A stretch of DNA of 64,000 bases. It comes from Candidatus Limnocylindrus sp. GTDB taxonomy: Bacteria; Chloroflexota; Limnocylindria; Limnocylindrales; Limnocylindraceae. The notes beneath the pieces are model-generated. The model saw only the letters and a list, made by a program, of their open reading frames with translations, ran no database searches and was not told where the DNA came from. Location of the stretch: the NCBI GenBank assembly GCA_040397175.1, contig JBBAWM010000002.1:32001-96000 (forward strand), in the 5' to 3' direction. Position 1 is the first letter of the stretch; each line of letters opens with the position of its first letter. The position numbers and the translations under genes are program-made. Of this stretch, positions 58,942-64,000 are shown in pieces.

Positions 58942-59017
58942 TGGTGCCCCCGGCCGGAATCGAACCGACGACGCCCGCCTTAGGACGGCGGCGCTCTATC
59001 CACTGAGCTACAGGGGC
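58942..59017 (-). tRNA. tRNA-Arg(CCT)
   Basis: GCCCCTGTAGCTCAGTGGATAGAGCGCCGCCGTCCTAAGGCGGGCGTCGTCGGTTCGATTCCGGCCGGGGGCACCA; A20 Arg identity, CCA end. Confidence 0.93.
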
Positions 59018-59058
59018 CCCCCGTAGGGTATCTGAACGCGGCGTGGGAGAATACCCGC

Positions 59059-59331
59059 ATGGAGCAGACCCTCATCACGCTCTACGGACGCCCAGGGTGC
59101 GAACTCTGCGAAAGCACAGAGATGATCGTGCGTGAACTCATCAGCAAAGGTGGCTCACGCCTTACGCTCAGCATCGTGAACATCGAGGAGGACCCGGCGG
59201 TGCATGCGCGGCTTCTTGAACAGATCCCCGCACTTGAGATTGAGGGGAAACTCCTACTGCTCGCCCTCAGCCCGATGCAGATCGAAGCACATCTGCGCAG
59301 CGCCCTAGGTCAGGTCGATGGAGAGCGTTAA
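59059..59331 (+). CDS. Glutaredoxin-like protein (DUF836)
   Basis: LYGRPGCELC, VNIEED, IPAL. Confidence 0.85.
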   Translation: MEQTLITLYGRPGCELCESTEMIVRELISKGGSRLTLSIVNIEEDPAVHARLLEQIPALEIEGKLLLLALSPMQIEAHLRSALGQVDGER

Positions 59332-60010
59332 CGCCCTCACGGCACTCCTCGCAGGTGCGCTCAGTTTCCTCTCGCCCTGCGTCCTCCCAATCGTCCCCGC
59401 CTATCTCGGTCGGCTCGCCGCGCTGAGCGCCGGCACATCACGCATGCGGCACGCCCTCCTCTTCACCTGTGGGTTTAGCGCGATCTTCATCGCCCTTGGT
59501 ATCAGCGCTGGATACGTCGGTGGAGCTGCCGGGCGACTCCTTCCCATCTTGCAGATTCCCGTGGGTATTGCGGTGACGATTGGTGGCCTCCACCTCGCTG
59601 GTCTCCTGCGTATTCCGCAACTCGATCGCATGCGTGCACCTGCGCCGATTCTGCGTGGTGGCTACCTCGGAAGCTTTCTGCTTGGCGCCGCCTTCGCGAT
59701 CGCCTGGACGCCCTGCATCGGCGTCGTCCTCGGTGCAATCCTCGGCATCGCGGCTGCTGGAAGCAACCCTGCTGGCGCCGCGCTCCTGCTGGCCCTCTAC
59801 AGTCTCGGACTCGCTCTCCCCTTCCTGGCCCTCGCCGCCGTGTCAGATCACAGCCCTGCGACACTGCAGCGAATCCTGAGCCGGCTCCGTGGCGGCACAC
59901 GCCTCGCTGGCATCGTTGGTGGACTGCTCGTCGCGGCCATTGGCGTACTGATTGCGACTGGCGGTCTCACGGTGCTTTCACGACTACTCCCAGGGCTCCG
60001 CGGGCTGTGA
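59318..60010 (+). CDS. ccdA: Cytochrome c biogenesis / DsbD-family membrane protein CcdA
   Basis: AGALSFLSPCVLP, WTPCIG, YSLGLALPF. Confidence 0.92.
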   Translation: MESVNALTALLAGALSFLSPCVLPIVPAYLGRLAALSAGTSRMRHALLFTCGFSAIFIALGISAGYVGGAAGRLLPILQIPVGIAVTIGGLHLAGLLRIPQLDRMRAPAPILRGGYLGSFLLGAAFAIAWTPCIGVVLGAILGIAAAGSNPAGAALLLALYSLGLALPFLALAAVSDHSPATLQRILSRLRGGTRLAGIVGGLLVAAIGVLIATGGLTVLSRLLPGLRGL

Positions 60011-60594
60011 TCGGACCGTTTTCACGCCGCAGCATCGGAGCGATCGGGGTAGCGGCCGCTCTGCTCGCACTCCTCCTGCTGCTGTCACGAACGAATATCC
60101 CAACGGGAGCCACACCGCCGAGCGACCTCTACATCGTCGACCCGAACGCCGCGGGGATTGAGGTTGGCGCAACTTTCACAGTCCCTGCAGAGCAACCTGT
60201 CGCCGGTGGAGGTGTCTTTGCAGACGCACAGGCGGCACTACCCGCCCCACGACTGGTGATCGTTGACCTGTTTGCCACCTGGTGCCCGCCCTGCCAGCAG
60301 GAGACCCCCGTACTGCGCTCGCTCGCTGCGACGTACCGCGATCGCGGCCTTCAGGTGATTGGCATCTCCGTCGGTGAACTCTCGTCAACCGTTGCGGCGT
60401 ACGCAGAGCGCTATCAGCTCGGCTACCTACTCCTGGCCGACGTCAACAGCGAACTCTTTCGCTCCGCTGGCGCTGGTGGCATCCCAACGAAACTAATTCT
60501 CGATGCTAATGGGCGCGTCCTTCGTGTGGTGACAGGCCCACTAACGCGCGAAGCGGCTGTCGCACTGGTCGAGGAGCTGCTCCCTACTCGCTAA
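60007..60594 (+). CDS. TlpA/ResA-like membrane-anchored thiol-disulfide oxidoreductase
   Basis: N-terminal TM, FATWCPPC..E.P, GIPT; follows ccdA. Confidence 0.9.
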   Translation: MIGPFSRRSIGAIGVAAALLALLLLLSRTNIPTGATPPSDLYIVDPNAAGIEVGATFTVPAEQPVAGGGVFADAQAALPAPRLVIVDLFATWCPPCQQETPVLRSLAATYRDRGLQVIGISVGELSSTVAAYAERYQLGYLLLADVNSELFRSAGAGGIPTKLILDANGRVLRVVTGPLTREAAVALVEELLPTR

Positions 60595-61420
60595 CGAACC
60601 GGAAGCGATCACGGTCTGCCACGATGCGGCCGACGGGCGTCTGTACCTCGTGACTCATGACGACCAACCACTCGCCCGCCGCCGCCTCAGCAAAGATGGA
60701 AGCCTTCGCGTCAACAGAGACCCACGCCTCATCGTCGTAGGCGGTCACCCAGCGTGGGTTCGCCTGCCAAGGGCGCATGAAGAGGTCTCCGAGAAAGAGG
60801 AGGGTGCGCTCGCGCCCGCGCACAATCGTGGCTTGGGAGCCTGGTGTGTGCCCGCCAAGCCGACGCAGCGTGATCGTTGGGGTGAGCTCCAGCGTGCCGT
60901 CGAATGAGCGCGGCGCTGTGGCGCCAAACAGTCGCGTCAGACCGGCAACGTCGTAGGCAGCGCGTGCACGAAGCGACCCACTCGCCACCGCCGCGATCTC
61001 GCGCTCGGGGGCAACGATCTGGGCGAGGGGGAACGCCGCCTCGCCGCGCTGATCGACAAGGCCGCCGGCGTGATCGCGGTGGAGGTGGCTCGGCACAATG
61101 CTGGCGATGCGCTCCACATCGATTCCAGCACCGACCAACGCGTCACGGGCCGAACACGAATCAGTATCGGCATCGCGCACCTGCATGCCCGCTGGCACCG
61201 CACCAGTTTCTAGAAGGACCCCGCCCGTTACGTCGCTGATGTGCAAAATGTTGAGCGCCTGTAAGAGGCGGGATCGTGGATCAAGTTCGTTCGCAACAAG
61301 CGGCGCCCAGGTCTCCTGGGGTACGGGGCCGAAGATTGCCCCAGCATCACTCCAGAAGGTGCCGATGCGAAGGATGTCGACCGTTATCCCCCCGAGTTCA
61401 ATGCTGCGGCGTTCAGTCAC
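60584..61420 (-). CDS. MBL-fold metallo-hydrolase (YtnP/AHL-lactonase-like)
   Basis: SHLHRDHAGG, GGHTPG, LGDL, SHE; GTG overlaps dcd stop. Confidence 0.85.
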   Translation of the reverse strand: MTERRSIELGGITVDILRIGTFWSDAGAIFGPVPQETWAPLVANELDPRSRLLQALNILHISDVTGGVLLETGAVPAGMQVRDADTDSCSARDALVGAGIDVERIASIVPSHLHRDHAGGLVDQRGEAAFPLAQIVAPEREIAAVASGSLRARAAYDVAGLTRLFGATAPRSFDGTLELTPTITLRRLGGHTPGSQATIVRGRERTLLFLGDLFMRPWQANPRWVTAYDDEAWVSVDAKASIFAEAAAGEWLVVMSHEVQTPVGRIVADRDRFRFVSE

Positions 61421-62027
61421 GGGGCTTGGTGACCCTTCCCCCGTCGCGCGCCTGCTGCTCACCGTCAAAGCCAACGTGCGCCGCGGAGGCGGTCGGTTCC
61501 GTTTGGCCCTGGTAGCGACTACGCAGCTCGCTACTGCCGTAGGGACGATCAACCTCTGACGACATGCGATGGAACGAGATCTGGCCGATGCGCATTCCGG
61601 GGTAGAGGGCAATCGGGAGGCGGGCCACATTTCCGAGTTCGAGCGTCAGGTTCCCGACCCAGCCTGGGTCAACGTAGCCGGCCGTTGAGTGAATCAGCAG
61701 GCCAAGTCGTCCGAGCGACGATTTGCCATCGAGTCGGCCGAGCAGCGAGCTCCCCAGCGAAATCTTCTCGCGCGTCTGACCGAGTACAAATTCGCCCGGG
61801 TGTAGCATGAACTGCTCCCCGTCACCGACGCGCTCAATCTCGGTGAGATCCGGCTGTTCTACGCGTGGATCAATGAAACCGTAGCGATTATTCCGAAAGA
61901 CGCGGAAGGTTCCGTCAAGGTGGAGGTCGACTGATGCTGGTTGCACATCAACAGCGTCAAATGGGGTGATCGCGATCTCACCTGCCGCGAGTGCCCTCAG
62001 GATGTCGCGGTCAGAGAGCACGCTCAT
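61413..62027 (-). CDS. dcd: dCTP deaminase
   Basis: VLSDRDI, QPASVDL, DGKSSLGRLGL, AGYVDPGW.GNLTLE, RYQGQ. Confidence 0.96.
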   Translation of the reverse strand: MSVLSDRDILRALAAGEIAITPFDAVDVQPASVDLHLDGTFRVFRNNRYGFIDPRVEQPDLTEIERVGDGEQFMLHPGEFVLGQTREKISLGSSLLGRLDGKSSLGRLGLLIHSTAGYVDPGWVGNLTLELGNVARLPIALYPGMRIGQISFHRMSSEVDRPYGSSELRSRYQGQTEPTASAAHVGFDGEQQARDGGRVTKPRD

Positions 62028-62527
62028 ACCTCGGCCTCCACAGTACGAATTCGACGTTTCCCCTTTCCTGCGCTCTTCTCGGTGAGCAGCTCATCGACTT
62101 CGCGCTTGAGTGTTTCGAGGTCTTCGAACGACTGGTAGACGCTCGCAAAGCGGATATACGCAATCTGATCAATCTCGCGGAGGGCCGCCATCGTGAGTGC
62201 GCCGATACGCGCAGAGGAGAGTTCCGTGGCACCGCTCGCACGAATCTGCGCCTCAATTGCCTCAACGGCACGCTCTGGGGCATCCACCGGCACCGGGCGA
62301 CGGGTAAGCGCGCGGCGCAGCCCTTCTAGGAGCTTCTGGGAGTCGTACTCTTGGCGCTCGCCAGAACGCTTCATCACATAGAGCTTGGCAAGCTCGGCGC
62401 GCTCATACGTGGTGACGCGTGTGCCGCAAATGCGACAGGCGCGGCGTCGGCGGATCACCGACCCGTCATCAAGGTCGCGCGAATCAACGACGCGCGTATC
62501 CGGTTCCTTACACGATGGGCAACGCAC
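62024..62527 (-). CDS. nrdR: Transcriptional repressor NrdR
   Basis: MRCPSC..VVDSR..IRRRRAC..CG, ATP cone, AYIRFASVY. Confidence 0.97.
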   Translation of the reverse strand: MRCPSCKEPDTRVVDSRDLDDGSVIRRRRACRICGTRVTTYERAELAKLYVMKRSGERQEYDSQKLLEGLRRALTRRPVPVDAPERAVEAIEAQIRASGATELSSARIGALTMAALREIDQIAYIRFASVYQSFEDLETLKREVDELLTEKSAGKGKRRIRTVEAEV

Positions 62528-62596
62528 CCTCGCTCCTCCTCACCTTCGCACCGCGCCAAGCGGAACCACCGCAGGTTGCGGTCGTTGAAAGAGTCT

Positions 62597-62634
62597 ACAC
62601 ACGATCTTGTGTGCTGAGGCACACAACGTGGGGT
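62597..62634. promoter_or_regulatory. Tandem NrdR-box-like operators abutting the nrdR -10 (TAGACT, 62597-62592 on minus)
   Basis: ACACACGATCTTGTGT near-palindrome (62597-62612) and weaker GCACACAACGTGGGGT (62619-62634), 22 bp apart. Confidence 0.65.
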
Positions 62635-63116
62635 TAGGAGCGGTCGCGCTCGCCGATCGCGTCGCTCGCGTGCTCCAAGACAGGGAGCAGGATGGCCAGC
62701 CCGTCGCGCACGGCGCCACTCCCCCCGGGGAGGTTCACGATGAGCGTCCCCTTGGCAACCCCCGCGACGCCGCGCGAAAGGATCGCCGCAGGGGTCTGGG
62801 AGCGCCCCAGCATGCGAATGGCGTCAGGGATACCCGGGATCACGCGCTCTAGGAGTGGTGCAGTGGCGTCAGGGGTAACGTCGCGAGCGCTGAGCCCAGT
62901 TCCACCCGCAGTCAAGATGACGTCGACGGTACCAAGGTATTGCTCGAGCACCGTTCGAATGGCTTCAAGCTCGTCGGGGGCCTGCGCTCGCTGCACCTCC
63001 CAGCCATGGGCCACGAGAGCAGCCGCGGCAAGGGTCCCCGCCTTATCTTCCCGCTCGCCAGCATGAATCGAGTCACTGACCGTGAGCACCAAGATCGACC
63101 GAAGTGTTTCACTCAT
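62634..63116 (-). CDS. MogA/MoaB family molybdopterin adenylyltransferase
   Basis: LTVSD, REDKAG, PDE, GGTGLSARDVTPDA, SRG, IVNLPG. Confidence 0.92.
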   Translation of the reverse strand: MSETLRSILVLTVSDSIHAGEREDKAGTLAAAALVAHGWEVQRAQAPDELEAIRTVLEQYLGTVDVILTAGGTGLSARDVTPDATAPLLERVIPGIPDAIRMLGRSQTPAAILSRGVAGVAKGTLIVNLPGGSGAVRDGLAILLPVLEHASDAIGERDRS

Positions 63117-63131
63117 CTGCGCATACTAATA

Positions 63132-64000
63132 CTACGCGGCACCGACGAGGCTACGGATGATCAGCATGGCGGCGCCAGCGCCGAGGAAGAGGTTGAGCAA
63201 CATGAACCGACGCCATGCGGCGCGCGCAGCCTGATGTGTCGGGCGACCAACGATGAGGGGAAGTAGCGAGAGTGAGCTCGCACACGGCAAGATCGCCGCA
63301 ATGCGCTGGAGTGGCTCACCCTGCAGCAGGAGCAACGCTCCCGCTGCGGCGTAGAGCGCAACCGCGAACCAGCCACCACCACGAACACCAAGCAGCGTTC
63401 CCACCGTAGCAATTCGTGAGCGTCTATCGGCATCCACATCCTGCAACGCTCCTACGACATGGCTCCCCATGTTCCAAAAGAAGAAGGCAGCAAGCGGTGC
63501 GATCCACGCGCTCTGAAACCTTCCACCGAGTGCGAGCCCAGCCACGGCAGGAATCACAAAATGCGTAGCCGAGATGATTGAATCGAAGATTGGCACGGCG
63601 CGGGCTCGGAGGAACTGCGGCGCGCTGTACATGGTGGCGGCGGCAATCCCAAGAAGACACATCAGCGGCACTACCAGTGATCCCGAGAGGAAGAACACGA
63701 GCGCTGAGCCGGAAGCAAGAAGGAGGAGGCGTCGAAGTGCTGGCAGATCGCGTTCCTGTAACAGCGCGCCCTCGGCGCCGCCCTTACGTGGATTCTTGCG
63801 ATCAGTCGCTAGGTCGTACAGATCGTTGATGCCGTAAAGATAGAGGTTGTACGCCACCCCCCACCAAAGCAAGAGCGGCAAGAACCATGGCCCTACCGCC
63901 TCTCCACCCCCGGCGGCAAGCGCGCCGCCCGCGAACGGGAGAGCAGTATTGATCCACGACACCGGGCGCGAGGAGAGGAGTAACCGCCACCAACCACCAT
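63132..64000 (-). CDS. UbiA-family prenyltransferase, CrtEb/lycopene elongase-like (5'-truncated by window edge)
   Basis: SSRPVSWINTA, YGINDLYD..TDRKNPRKGG.EG, YSAP, QDVDADR; frame open to window end. Confidence 0.8.
   Translation of the reverse strand, partial: GGWWRLLLSSRPVSWINTALPFAGGALAAGGGEAVGPWFLPLLLWWGVAYNLYLYGINDLYDLATDRKNPRKGGAEGALLQERDLPALRRLLLLASGSALVFFLSGSLVVPLMCLLGIAAATMYSAPQFLRARAVPIFDSIISATHFVIPAVAGLALGGRFQSAWIAPLAAFFFWNMGSHVVGALQDVDADRRSRIATVGTLLGVRGGGWFAVALYAAAGALLLLQGEPLQRIAAILPCASSLSLLPLIVGRPTHQAARAAWRRFMLLNLFLGAGAAMLIIRSLVGAA

Noticed and set aside
58916-58942. MFS start codon overlapping the tRNA-Arg CCA end
   Set aside because: A strong SD precedes ATG 58915; the CCATG overlap is probably coincidental.
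55646-59017. psuK-psuG-MFS block between two tRNAs as an integrative island
   Set aside because: No integrase and no duplicated tRNA 3' end (att site) seen; no obvious compositional shift.

Overview
A dense, GC-rich bacterial chromosomal segment made almost entirely of housekeeping genes, with tiny or overlapping intergenic spaces and no IS, prophage, CRISPR or rRNA. Bases 1-30582 are all on the + strand: rpsP-khpA-rimM-trmD-rplS-rnhB-yraN, rpsB-tsf-pyrH-frr-uppS-cdsA-dxr-rseP-ispG, nusA-rnpM-infB-rbfA-nrnA-truB-ribF-rpsO-pnp-asd-udg-rnj-ftsK-rodZ-like-yajQ-murC-like. From 30613 on, most genes are on the - strand: namH-like, hflX, miaA, rny, recX, recA, tgt, ruvBAC, yebC, tyrS, mutS2, cvpA, pheTS, rplT-rpmI-infC, thrS, two tRNAs, nrdR-dcd, mog and a crtEb-like gene. 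A dif-like XerCD site at 32267-32294 lies at this switch, so the window probably spans the replication terminus. The gene set (short EF-Ts, RNase J, RNase Y, MutS2, leaderless promoters, high GC, compaction) suggests a streamlined Terrabacteria genome, possibly Chloroflexota; this assignment is inference only. The main novelty is a PNPase carrying an intact DnaQ-like DEDDh 3'-5' exonuclease domain inserted between its two RNase PH domains, which would give a phosphorolytic plus hydrolytic, exosome-like nuclease. Also notable: a mycobacterial NamH-like muramate hydroxylase between a variant MurC and dif, a TGT with a queuine-salvage-type pocket, non-canonical start codons, and a 24-bp bidirectional leaderless promoter. 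All calls come from motif recognition by eye; no database searches were run.
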